Part shown: in pieces, positions 31,701 to 44,003 of the stretch
How positions within the stretch are numbered: the first letter of the stretch is position 1
Layout of the letters: every line of letters begins with the position of its first letter
From: Macrostomum lignano
Taxonomy: Eukaryota
Assembly (NCBI GenBank): GCA_002269645.1
Contig: NIVC01000584.1
Location: 62,001 to 126,000, forward strand
Direction of reading: 5' to 3'
Length of the DNA: 64,000 nt
Position numbers and translations under genes: made by a program
The notes under the pieces: generated by a model
Told to the model about the DNA's origin: nothing
What the model saw: only the letters and a program-made list of their open reading frames with translations
Database searches by the model: none

Positions 31701-34700
31701 TTTTCCGTTTAATTTTAAGCATTCGAAATTTGGCTAAGTAATTGTGCCTCGCCTGACCGAACACGCCGCTGCTGTTGAGCGATTCTAAAAACACATTTGA
31801 TTGGCTCTGCGGCATGACTGTCGGAGCTGAGCAAGCAACTGCCCGAGACTTCACCGCTTCACCGCAGTTTGATCCGCTTCACTTCATAAGGGCATTGAGA
31901 ACTTTCCCCGATTGTTATCACTGCCACAATAAACTAAGCTAAGAAGACAAGACTCAATGGCTGCTCATTAGGGGATGTGGGAGGCTGGCTGCTCATTAGG
32001 GGGTGTGGGAGGCTGGCTCATTATGGAGTGTGGGAGGCTAGCTGCTCATTAGGGGGTGTGGGAGGCTGACTGCTCATTAGGGGGTGTGGGAGGCTGGCTG
32101 CTCATTAGGGGGTGTGGGAGGCTGGCTGCTCATTAGGGGGTGTGGGAGGCTGGCTCATTATGGAGTGTGGGAGGCTGGCTGCTCATTAGGGGGTGTGGGA
32201 GGCTGACTGCTCATTAAGGGATGTGGGAGGCTGGCTGCTCATTAGGGGGTGTGGGAGGCTGGCTGCTCATTAGGGGGTGTGGGAGGCTGGCTCATTATGG
32301 AGTGTGGGAGGCTGGCTGCTCATTAGGGGGTGTGGGAGGCTGGCTGCTCATTAGGGGGTGTGGGAGGCTGGCTCATTAGGGGGTGTGGGAGGCTGGCTGC
32401 TCATTAGGGAGTGTGGGAGGCTGGCTGGTCATTAGGGGGTGTGGGAGGCTGGCTGCTCATTAGGGGGTGTGGGAGGCTGGCTCATTAGGGGGTGTGGGAG
32501 GCTGGCTGCTCATTAGGGGGTGTGGGAGGCTGGATCATTAGGGGGTGTGGGAGGCTGGCTGCTCATTAGGGGGTGTGGGAGGCTGGATCATTAGGGAGTG
32601 TGGGAGGCTGGCTGCTCATTAAGGGATGTGAGAGGCTGGATCATTAGGGAGTGTGGGAGGCTGGCTGCTCATTATGGGGTGTTGGAGGCTGGCTGCTCAT
32701 TAAGGGATGTGGGAGGCTGGCTCATTAGGGGATATGGTAGGCTGGCTGCTTATTAGGGGGTGAGGGAGACTGGCTCATTAGGGGATGTGGGAGACTGGTT
32801 CATTAGGGATGTGGGAGGATGGCTGCTCATTAGGGGGTGAGGTAGACTGGCTCATTAAGGATGTGGGAGGCTGGCTCATTAGGGGATGTGGGAGGCTGGC
32901 TGCTCAGCATTGCAGCTGGTAGGGATTCGCTAGCTAGGTAGCCAATAGAATAATCAGTTGGAGAACAACCTTCTGCCTGCAGCGAAACTGCCGATTGCGC
33001 CGCTTGTTATTGTTCAGCTCGATTTTGATTCGCTTACACAGGTTGCCGGCTTGGCCTAAACAAAGTTTCAGTTGAACGGCAGCACGCAGCTGATCAGCAA
33101 TAAAAGTACAACTAATTGCACAGCTTGTATCAATAATCAGCACGCGACCCTGCAGTCGGTTTAAATTAACCAATAAAAGCTGCACCTCAGGGAGTGGAAA
33201 GCAAAATCAACAAACTGAAATGCATACTGTACTGCTAACAGTTAAGAAGAGCATAGATAATTAGTTAATTATGAATTCATAGAGGCGGAATCAATTAATG
33301 ACGGGACAGTTGCGCTGCCGTCCCATGGGAAACGAACGAGCTACTAGCCATACTCAGGTAAGATATGAAAACTCTTATTGTAGCTGGCAATCAAACTGGA
33401 TCACGGTGCGAAGTCACCAAATGCAAGGAGAGGGCCGACATCAATATTCACTTAATACATTTGCTAATGCTATTACTTTAAACTGGTTGCGAGTAGTCAC
33501 TTATGCATTTGTTTAAATTATTAAATAACCAACTCACTCCACCAGACATCGTTAGGCAGGCGCAGGTGGCTCAGCTGCTGGCGGGCCGTAGCGATAATCT
33601 GCTCGGATACTCTCTGATTGGACGGGTCGTGGAAGCTGCGGCGGCGTTGCGATTGGTTGGTGAAATTGTAATGAAATGTAATGCGATTGGTTGGGTTCTT
33701 GCACTGCCTCACCACCCCACTGAATCCCTCACTGTGCTGCTCATACCCCACTGAATCCCTCACTGTGCTGCTCATACCCCACTGAATCCCTCACTGTGCT
33801 GCTCATACCCCACTGAATCCCTCACTGTGCTGCTCATACCCCACTGAATTCCTCATTGTGCTGCTCATACCCCACTGAATCCCTCACTGTGCTGCTCAGA
33901 CCCCTGAATCCCTCACTGTGTTGCTCATACCCCACTGAATCCCTCATTGTGCTGCTCATACCCCACTGAATCCCTCACTGTGCTGCTCATATCCCACTGA
34001 ATCCTTCACTGTGCTGCTCATATCCCACTGAATCCCTCATTGTGCTGCTCAGACCCCAATGGATCCCTCACTGTGCCGCTCATACCCCACCGAATCCCTC
34101 ACCCGCTCATACCCACCGAATCCCTCACCCGCTCATACCCCACTGAATCCCTCACCCGCTTATACGCCACTGAATCCTTCACCCGCTCATACCCCACTGA
34201 ATCCCTCACCCGCTTATACGCCACTGAATCCTTCACCCGCTCATACCCCACTGAATCCCTCACCCGCTCATACCCCACTGAATCCCTCACACGCTCATAC
34301 CCCACTGAATCCCTCACCCGCGCATACCCCACCGAATCCCTCTACAAGGGATGCAAGAATTGCAGAGCAACTCACGACAGCGCAAAGTCAAACAGGTGCG
34401 GCCCGTTGCCTTTAATATTTTTATAGGCCATCCTGAGCGCATTTTTGCACTCGGCCAGTTGCTGGGCGCTGCCAGGAAAACCCGCGCTGGCTCCGCCCGG
34501 CATCTGCAGACTTGACGAGGGCGACAACGGGCGGTGGCGCTTTCGGCTGGCGGAGCTGGAGGCCGACGGCGACATTGCGGCAGCAGCGGCGGGGAAGGAG
34601 CAGTCCTCCTCCAGGATCAGACAGTCCTCTTCGTCTTCCTCGGGGAACGCGTCGGGGTCCAGCAGCTCGGACTTGACGCCGCCAGCTGCCACAGAGCCGG

Positions 34701-35097
34701 TAGACTCGGACTTCAGGCCGGCCGCGGCGGCGGCGGCAGCTACGGCAGATTTCAAATCGGCGCCGCTGCCATTGGCTCCGAAACTGGCCGAGTTGGCGGC
34801 GCCAGCTGACTTGGAAGGAGTCAGCGTTGCTGATGTTGCAGCCGCGGCAGCCGCCTGGCAGCAGGCTTCGTGCTCGTCGCTACGCTGACAGACGCGATCG
34901 TAGCGCGGCTCGATGACGCCGACAATGTGGGTGTGGAGGCCGCCGGCGATCTTCAGGGCCTGCATCAGGTCCCGGTCGGCCATGGAGTCGATGAGCATCT
35001 GTGCGTTGGTGATGGTGCACTCGAACAGGGTCAGCGGCGAGAAGGCCGGATTGTTGGCTCCGCCTTGCGATGATGGCATTAGCAGGTCGCAGGCCAT
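28713..35097 (-). CDS. C14orf93/DUF4616-like protein, paralogue B, ~427 aa; complement(join(34376-35097,33538-33635,32970-33055,28713-29090))
   Basis: Same conserved blocks as paralogue A, an identically sized 98-nt exon, and the same intron phases (2,1,0) at equivalent positions. Acceptors CCGCAG, TTTAG, CATCAG. Confidence 0.78.
29130..29385. repeat. Purine-rich tandem repeat (GGAGATAGAGAGGGAGGTTTGGAGG)
   Basis: Direct reading. Confidence 0.8.
29930..30530. repeat. 21-bp minisatellite (GGGATTGTGACTTCTGACTGT)
   Basis: Direct reading. Confidence 0.92.
31968..32905. repeat. 24/28-bp minisatellite (GGGAGGCTGGCTGCTCATTAGGGGGTGT)
   Basis: Direct reading. Confidence 0.93.
33715..34340. repeat. 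31-bp then 27-bp minisatellite (CCCCACTGAATCCCTCAC core), paralogue B intron 1
   Basis: Direct reading. Confidence 0.92.
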
Positions 35098-35794
35098 TGT
35101 GTAATAAAGTAAAATTGAAAATGCTAGCTGGACTTTTTGTTTTTTTCTGCTTCACAGACTGGTTAGACAGCTGCTCTTGCCAAGCGAGACCGAATGAAAT
35201 GAGAGCAGTAGTGCATGCAGTAGTAGTAGTAGTGCTTTTCTTATTTTTGGAGCTCAAATATTTTTTAAACAAAGAAATGAGTATTTATATATTATCCTTT
35301 ATGCATGCTTGGAGCAATAAAAAGTTAATTGTTCTTTTGTAATTGGTAAAATATTACGAGTAATATAGTACCTTTTGGAAATTCCAAAACAATTTTAAAG
35401 TATAACCATTATTAATTCTTTGTTAAATTGTATTTTTCAGGGAAACAAAATAGTTTTAGCATTATAATAGTGTAACCATCAGATTTTATAGCCATTGTCT
35501 AGGAAGAAATTAGGGATCAGTTTGCCTCAAAACATTTTAATTATATATAGTTTGCAGGCATCCTTTGGTTTCTTGAGTCTAGTAGTTGCATTCTAATTTT
35601 TATCAGTCTACTTACTACACTAACTTTTGGCTTCATAAGCATATTAGTTGGATAAGGGGTTTCTGAGCAATGTCTATGGTCAAAAGGTTTTTAGCAGACC
35701 ACTAGTTTGCAGTTTCATGACCTTAGCAGTTCAGCTAAAGCCTAAAAGGACAACAAGTTTAACTGATAAAGTTTAGTATCCTCAAGAGGTGGCT

Positions 35795-36025
35795 AAGAAT
35801 GGAGATTCCACTATTTGACAAGCTTCAATAAGCTGATATCCTGGTTGAAAATTGTTGACCAAGAGAGTTCAAAGACCACATAAATTATAATGCTAGTAAT
35901 GACTTTAAGCAATACTTCTAAATGAACCCAGAAACATTTAATTTTCTAGTAGATTGTATTGGCCTACAGTTGGAATACAATGCCCTGAGAAGTAGAAACC
36001 TGATTTCCCATGAGCAAACACTGAA
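35795..36025 (+). pseudogene. PIF/Harbinger-like transposase N-terminal relic
   Basis: 35898 onward reads NDFKQYF*MNPETFNFLVDCIGLQLEYNALRSRNLISHEQ, resembling the F..YFRM...TF..L N-terminal motif of Harbinger transposases; disrupted. Confidence 0.5.
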
Positions 36026-36623
36026 TTGCTCAGTCCATTCGACTCCATAGCAAATCTAATCTTCTCTCACACCTTTCTTTTCTTACTCTTTGCCTTAGAA
36101 ACATCAGAAAAACTTGCAAACATTGACTTGTGAGCTCCCATTAGGGACAGAAAAGTTTCTTGTGTTTAATGGAGGCCATTTTAATTCAAAGCCACAAAAA
36201 GCTGCTTAATATTCAGTATTTTCCTACTTGCCTTGAGAGAGCCTACATTCTTATCACATAGATGTTTTGGTGGCACAACCTTACTATTAACTAATAGTTA
36301 TTATTTAGCAGCTTAGACATGAAACCAAAACTTCCTACTTGTTGGTTAGCTGCTGCAAAGTTAGTAATTGCTAACTACTAACTTAGCATTGCCTCATAAA
36401 ATTTTTCCTAGAGGGAATACACATATGCACATATACTTGTGCATCTATAGTCAAGATCATATAATGTATACACTAGAAGTTACTGAAAAATATTTTCAAT
36501 TGTGCACCAAGTATACTAGACAAAATACACTAGTATATGAATGTACAAGCTATGCTAGCAGTGAGTTTGAAATCTCCTAGCTCTAACTTACTCTAGCATT
36601 GACACAAATGTTTATATAAATTA

Positions 36624-37986
36624 TAGTATTTCCCAGACAATTTGGTTCTAGAATCATTCAATTTAATCTGCCAGACAGAATTCTAATTCATTCTGCTGTC
36701 ACTAGAGATATGCTGTTTGATTCTATTCAATTTAATCCTAGGGGCACTAATTTTGTGTAATTATTTTAAAAGCCATTATTAAGCAAGAATGATGACTTGG
36801 AAAGTAGCACCAGCTTTGTCAATGCTGACAGAGAAGGAAATCAGGGGTGCAGACCATATGCAAAAGTCAACAATGAGAGGTACCGTCTCATTGTGAAAGC
36901 TCTTAAGTGTGGAGAGACTTTATTGTCAATTTCTCAGTGGCTAAACATGAAAATTTAAATGGTATACTCAATAAGAAGGTGATACGAAACCACTGGCCAC
37001 CAAGATTTTCTTCTCAGAGGTGGCTTGCAATATGAATAACTGGGAGAGATGCACACAAACAGGCTATTGCAAATGTTGGAAGAAAATCTACTTTTAATGC
37101 TGAGTCAAATGCAACATGATCTTTAACAATCTCATGGAATGGAAGTTAGCAAAAGTACCATTGCTCGGAAGCTTGACAAGCAATTGTTTACAATGAAGTG
37201 CTTGGTAAGGTACACAGATATGCCAGCAGCCAGGAACAGCCCCAAAAACATTGCAAGGAGACGTGAGCATGACAAATGGCTGCTAGGTCTACCAGCTGAT
37301 TGCCATTTGATTTAAGTCAATGAAACAGGTTTTAATCTGTGGACGCCACGTGGTCAAGGCCATAGGTGACGGGGTCAACAAGTGTGCCAAGTTGTTCATA
37401 CACAATGTGGTGTCCAAGTGAACATTTTTCAAGCTATATCCCATACCCTGACCTACTGCACCATGAGATTATTGCTGAGACAATGATTGCTCAAAAGTTT
37501 TAGGGCTGCATCAATTGATATCTTGCGAAGATGTGAATGTTAGTGCTCACCATGATGTACGTCACTAGTAGCAGTTCTACATTGTAATGGATGGGGCCAG
37601 ATTTTACAATGGGGTTAAAATTCCAGCAATGTTCCAGCACAATTGGTAGGTTGTAGTGCTTCCACCCTACTTGCCATTTTTTAACATAGTAGAATCTGCT
37701 CACAGCTGTTTAAAAGCCACAATCAAGCAGCAGCTGGCACTTCTGACAGTCAAAGTCAACCTAAATGTTCCATCTCCACCAATGACTCATGCCAATGGTA
37801 AGTAAGAGTAAAAGTAAGAGCTTTTAAAATATTATACGCAAAATTAGTGCCTCCAGGATTACATTGAGTGGAACAAAACAGCATATTTGGCCATAGACAT
37901 ATCTTCAGTGACGGCAGAATGAATTAGGTTTCTCTTTTATGGATTAAATTAAGTGATTCTAGAACCAAATTGACTGGGAAATGCTA
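36624..37986 (+). mobile_element. Degenerate IS630/Tc1-like DNA transposon with ~45-bp TIRs and TA flanks
   Basis: TAGTATTTCCCAGACAATTTGGTTCTAGAATCA.. is inverted at 37941-37986. Transposase relics VSKSTIARKLDKQLFTMK, NETGFNLWT and IVMDGARFY..LPPYLPFFNIVE, with stops and frameshifts. Confidence 0.85.
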
Positions 37987-38780
37987 TATTAAAATTATAA
38001 TATTTTTATACAGCTTTATATAGCTCTTTTTTATCCTTTATATATTTATAATATATTTGCAAAACAATTGGTAAAATACATATTTAAAACTTCATAATAT
38101 AAACTTTCCTATTTTATAAACATTAATTTTTTATAATTTTAAATATGATTTATTGATTTTTTCTTTTTGAGTTTATACAAATAGTGTTTAATCAATCTGG
38201 TAACAGTCAAAATAGCAACAGTCAATCTGGCAACAAGGTCTAGTAAGAGGCTATACATATATATATATCAATTGGCTATTGGCAGTTAAACATTAGAAAG
38301 CTTTGATTGTTATAATTACTAATAATTGTTATTATTGTTTTTTATTATTAATACTTAATACTATTTATTTTTATAATAGAGTATACAAAAATAGTTTTAA
38401 GGATTAAAAATTGGAATAGGATTAGATTAGAAAACTATGGGTTGGTTCAAAATGCATAGTTTATAACGTGTTTTCTTATAATGATATTGCTTTAAAAATG
38501 GCAAACTATATTAGATTGATGCATTCTTTATTATTTTTACTAGATGCCATATATAAGTTTTATAATCAAATACATTATTATATTAAAATGTTTGATAAAA
38601 CTTTAAATTATGTTAGAAATGTAGACTTTATATACCATTTTTATTAGAAAAGATATTAGCCATCTTAAAATGAATTATTTATATATAAAATTTAAAATTG
38701 TATTCATATAAAGTTTGGTTTGTATTTGAAATATATAAAATCTATAATGCAAAATCACATCATCATTCATCACATCATCA

Positions 38781-39318
38781 TCACAATATACTAAATCTCT
38801 AAGATCTGTCTGACCGGTATTCTAGTCTACAGCCTGAATGCCTGAACTGATTTTTTTCAAACTTGCTTTATTCAATTGCAAATTATTGTGAGATTGTGTG
38901 GATATAATTGCATTGAAGAATTTGAATGGGAAGATGGTTAAATATTCAAAAACGAGTTTTCCCAATGCTTTCAATGGGAGGCAAGAAAAGGTCAACATCT
39001 TGACTAACTGAATAGCAATTCCAATTAAGATTGTGCCACAACTTTTCTCTGTTCACTGTGTACGCCCCAATACTGGCTGCAATAAGGGAGAGGAAAATAA
39101 TGCTCAGTGGCAGCGTGTGTACATTTTGCTCTGGCTGACTGCATAGACAATTGCTATTTATAGATTTCACTTAATTGTGCATTGGCTCTGCCTGCACACA
39201 ACCTGTGCACACTGAGCAGCCTATCACTGCTATGTATTTGACTGCAGTGCCGAAGCATATATGGCTGATTTTTGCATCCTCCTATCAGTAGGCGGAATAG
39301 CCGCAGTGTAGGCACTAG
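38781..39318 (+). mobile_element. Possible non-autonomous Helitron-like element (related 5' end also at ~48222)
   Basis: 5' TC..ATATACTAAA..CTGTCTG..CTGATTTTTTTCAAACTT. 3' hairpin GCGG-AATAG-CCGC followed by CTAG (39315-18). The base after CTAG is G, not the canonical T. Confidence 0.3.
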
Positions 39319-39589
39319 GACTAGGTTTAGGCTAGGCATAAGGTCCAAGGTTCGAGTCTGCCTCCTCGGTGGATGATTAAAATTAAATTAATTTATTCAT
39401 TTATATATAGCTTCGGGCTCAACTAATAGGAATATTTTTGTTGAATTTGTAAGGCACACCTAATGAATAATTTTTGCTAATTTACTAAGCAAATCTGATT
39501 TATAAAAAACTGCTTCGAGTATTACTCATTGCATCAATGGGTATTGCCTAGCTCCATGAAAGTATCAAATTGCTAAGCTGCTAATTTTT

Positions 39590-41400
39590 TTGTTAAAATG
39601 AAGGCTGAATTGTGAAAAAACTGCCAATATGTATGGAAAATTTATTAGTGAACCGTAATAAATGCTGAGAAAAAATTTAGATTCTTGAAAGGATCCTTTA
39701 TTTCAGTTTGCTGAGGATACTGAGGAGCTGGCTGAGAGGAGAACTGCAAACTGCTGAGGGGAACTACAGATTGGCGAAAGGGTCATTAATGCAGACTGCA
39801 AAGGGACAAACTGAAAACTGCTGAAAGGGGACACACTGAAAACTGCTGAGGTAGTTTCTCTTGACTTACAAGCCTATAGCTGAAAACTGCTGAGGTAGTT
39901 CCTCCCGACTTACAAGCCTATAGCTGAAAACTGCTGAGGTAGTTCCTCCCGACTTACAAGCCTATAGCTGAAACTGCTGAAGGGGGCTGCTTGGAGGATT
40001 CGTAGACTTCTGAGCAAGACAACTCTTAGAGAAGATAGGATAGCAAGACATCAGTTTCAAAACTGTACAGTTTAAATAATTAAGTTCAGGTTGTTTAGTG
40101 GATTACTGTGGATTGCTGAGTGGATTATTGTGGTTTGCTGACGGGATAGTTTTGGGCTGCTGAGGGGATAAATGCTTATGTTAATGAAAGTTATAGACTG
40201 CAATGGGATAACTCCAGGCTGCTAAGATAATGACTGCAGTCTATTTTGTGGGATTAGAACGGATAACTTCAGGTTGTTGTGGGCATATCTCAGGAATTGC
40301 TGAGATGTCATGGCTTTTTGGGGCAATTTCTGAGATTTCAAGGCCCATGGGAAATTGCTGATATTCCATGGCTTACTGGAAGAATTGCTTGAATTGAGGT
40401 TTCAAAGGCTTTTAAGGGGGAAGTGCTAAGATTGCTTTCTTGTGGGAGATGCTTGCTATTTAGGAATGAAGGTATTGCTTAATGCTGATTTGTGCAAAAC
40501 ACTGCGGATATGTATCGAAAATTGATTAGTGAACCGTACTAAATTGTTAGGAAATTTTTATTGTTGAAAATATCATTGCAATTTGCTAAGCAGGAAACTG
40601 AGGAGCCGGCCGACAGAAGAACTGCAGATTGTCAAAAGGATCATTGCAGACTGCAAAGGGGACAAACTGCAAACTGCTAAGATAGTTCATCCAGACATAT
40701 AGATCATATCCTCTCGAGGATTATATCATAGATGTAAAGATGTGGGATGTGCAGACGGAGTTCCTCCAGACCATATTCAGAAACAATGATATGATCTTTG
40801 CTCCAGACTTATGAGCATATAGCTGCAAACTGCTGAGATGGTAACTGTGGGCTACTGTGGACTACTGCTGAGTAAATATTGTTTGCTGTGGGGACAATTC
40901 TAGGCCGCTAGAGTATGACTGAAGTCTTTTTTGGGATTGGAAGGGATAATTTCAGGTGGAGACATCTCAGGAATTGCTGAGATGGCAAGGCTTATTAGTT
41001 GAATTGCTGAGATGTCATGGGTTTTTTGGGGTAATTTCTGAGATTTCAAGGCTCATGGGAATTGCTGAGATGTCAAGACTTACTGGGGTAATTGCTGAGA
41101 TGTCAAGGCTTCTTAGAGGAATTGCTGAGATGTCAAGGCTTACTGGGGGAATTGCTGAGATGTCGAGGCTTACTGAGGGAATTACTGACATTTCAAGGCT
41201 TACTCGGGGAATTGCTGAGATGTTAAAGCTTATTGGCCTGGGAGAATTGCATAGATGTCAAGGCTTACTCGGGAATTGCTGCGATGTTGATGCTTACTGA
41301 GGGAATTTCTGGGACGTCAAGGCCTACTGGGGGAATTGCTGAGATGTCAAGGCTCATGGGGATGGCTGAATTGTTGAGATATCAAGGCTCATGCGGAATG
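39590..41400. repeat. Diverged direct duplication (~0.7-0.9 kb) ending in a ~30-bp tandem array
   Basis: TAGTGAACCGTA at 39647 and 40527; GGATAAYTTCAGGT..TCTCAGGAATTGCTGAGATG at ~40261 and ~40944; GAATTGCTGAGATGTCAAGGCTT units at 41040-41400. Confidence 0.7.
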
Positions 41401-42315
41401 GCTGAATAGTTGGGGGGAGGTGGTTAGGTTGTTGAGCGATTGTCAGATCGTCAAGTAGTATGGCTTAAGTAGCTCATTTAATTCAGATAATAAAATAGTA
41501 CACATAAGTGATGCTGAATTTTGCTGATAGGAAATACCAGGGTATTTATTAAAAGTTTGATTCTTTGAGTTAGGCTAATAAAGAGGGGTGTCAAAGGCCG
41601 TCAGGGATTGGCATATTGAGCTCCTACTGTGGACCAGAATATGCCCAGGCCAATGACGATATGCTTTAAGAGTTTGTGCTTGAAAGGATAAGCACTATTT
41701 GCTGATTGAAAAAGGGTTTTGGGCTGATGAAGGAAACAATTTTTCTGGTGAAAGTTTTGACTCATGGCAATTTATTTTTTTTCAAAATGAGAAAAGGTAA
41801 TTTTTAATTAATGGAAATGGAAATTAATGGTTACTGTTGGCTTAAAATAAAAACCATTTGGTGTCATTTTAAAACCCCCCAGCGGGGGGCTAAATGGCTA
41901 GTCAATTGCTAAATGTCTTTTGCCAATATGATTATCGCCAGTTTGACTAGTAGCCATATAAACAAAAGTAACAGTGCAGCCTATTCTAGATTGTGAATAA
42001 ACTATGTATATGTGCTATAAATATATTGCATACTATGTATCAAAATTCAAGCATATATATGCTTCAAGACTTCAAATAAAAATTGGATATTCTTTTTTGA
42101 CTTACTATATCTTTAGCTTAATTATTTCTTTATGTCAATTTTTTTATAAGATACCTAAATCCTAATAGAAAATAATAATAATTGAAACAAACTGAGTTTA
42201 TTTTTGTGCAGTGTGTGTATGTACCTTAAATTTTAAAATTGCACCCTGAAATTGAAATGTAGGTACAGTTTAGGTGCGGTCTTATAACCTATTTTTTCTA
42301 TTAAAGCCTCATTTG

Positions 42316-42788
42316 GGCATAGTTCTAGTTTACTTTGCAATATTATTTTTATGTGTTTTTTTGCATTTACATAGCATATTCTGCATCTGTATCAAAACCA
42401 CAACCCTTTCAACTTAATCTATACAATGGCCGGCTGCCCAGCTGCCCTGACATTGACCATCCAATAGAGCTAGGTGGACCTGGTCGCACCTTGGTCTTTG
42501 CCAAGAGGCACCTGCGTGCAATGCACGATACAAGCGATGCACTCTTCAAGAGTCATCTTGATGAATATATCTGGCGCCGCCTGTACTCTAACAATGCATT
42601 CGGTGCCATGCTTTACTAGAATTCCATGTATTATTCTATTTAAATGACTTGGCAACTTCAACTGACTGTTTTTCTGACTTGTGACACTTGAGCCAAACCT
42701 GGAAAGTGACAAAAACAGGGTGAAATAATTTAGCGAAAGGCAGAATAATATCACGAAGTAGGCCCCTAAACTAGAACTATGCTATGCC
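42316..42788 (+). mobile_element. Internally deleted Merlin (IS1016/ISXO2-like) DNA transposon
   Basis: TIR GCATAGTTCTAGTTTA (42317-32 vs 42767-82), GG..CC termini, 8-bp TSD CTCATTTG/TTCATTTG. Peptide IELGGPG is fused directly to AKRHLRAMHDTSDALFKSHLDEYIWRR. Confidence 0.8.
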
Positions 42789-44003
42789 TTCATTTGCATT
42801 TGGCGATTTGCACTGCCTTAAAATAAGAAAAAAGAGAAATTGCACTTTGAGCCTTAAAATTGCACCATGAAAATGAGCATAGGGTGCAATTTTGCACCTT
42901 GTCTCTGGCAAAAAAGAAAACCCTGGAAACACTTTTGGCTAAGACTTTTGGCTGAGACTAAGAGCAGTCACATGAATATTATTCAATCCAATTGCGACTT
43001 ACAATATGTGTATGCTCTCAATTGAAATGGCTAGGTGAATCCCAAGGTTACAACCAAGCCAGCATGATTCCAAACTAAGCCTATCAATTCACATCACAAT
43101 CACAATTACCTAACAGAGGTGACAGAATAAAATCATCAGTTTAAATAGATTTAAAAGTCTGTGACTTCTAAAAAACACACTAGGGCCTAGTACAAAAGTT
43201 TTAATTATTTATTTCGAACAAACAATGCACTTCCGACACTGTCTAAACTATGCTATCTTTTTGAAGAAAGAATAAATTGACTTAAATTGAAATTCCAATG
43301 CAAAATTGCTTTGACCTAACGCAGAAGCAATTCGCTGGGATTTTGAGAAACGTAGGCCTACTAGAATTCTGCTCAGACTTATGATTAAAATAGTGTTACA
43401 AAGTTCTTAAAGTTGAACATTTTTTATTTTGTAGTTCTGGCTTTGAAAAGACGGAAACGAGCTTAGTACTAGCAGGTCAGGCAGCACCTAAGGTAGGTGT
43501 TAAGGTAAGGTTAAAAAATGAGTACTTTCAACAAATAAAAAATGTAGTGTCTGAATAAAATAAAAAAGTAGGTTTAAACAAATTTTTTACTTTAAAAGTA
43601 TTTCTAACGATTGATAGAAAAGAAGTAGCACTTAAAGTTTCTTTTTACAAAAAAAACAAAACAATGGGTTCTACTTTTTGTAGGTTTGTTTTCTAGCTTT
43701 GTTACAATTTGACAACAGACAACAATTCTGTGCTGTCTGTGACTTTTAATATAATGAATGATGAAGGTATGGAGTGGAGGATCGTTTCTGTTTTATTTGT
43801 GTTGTACTGCTAAGTTTATTAATTAATAATAAGCGCTCATGCTAAAATACATTAAGTCTGTTAAATTCGTAAGCCTATATTCCAGGCTAGGACCTAGGGC
43901 GAAGTCTTGTTTTGAAAGGATTTGATTTGAGTTAGATCTTTGTTTTGTTGTTTTGTTAAGAACTGTAGTAGTAGACCTAGGCCTACCCTATTATTTTGAT
44001 AAC

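Noticed and set aside
31968-32905. Interstitial telomere (TTAGGG in each unit)
   Set aside because: A single TTAGGG per 24-28-bp unit, not tandem hexamers
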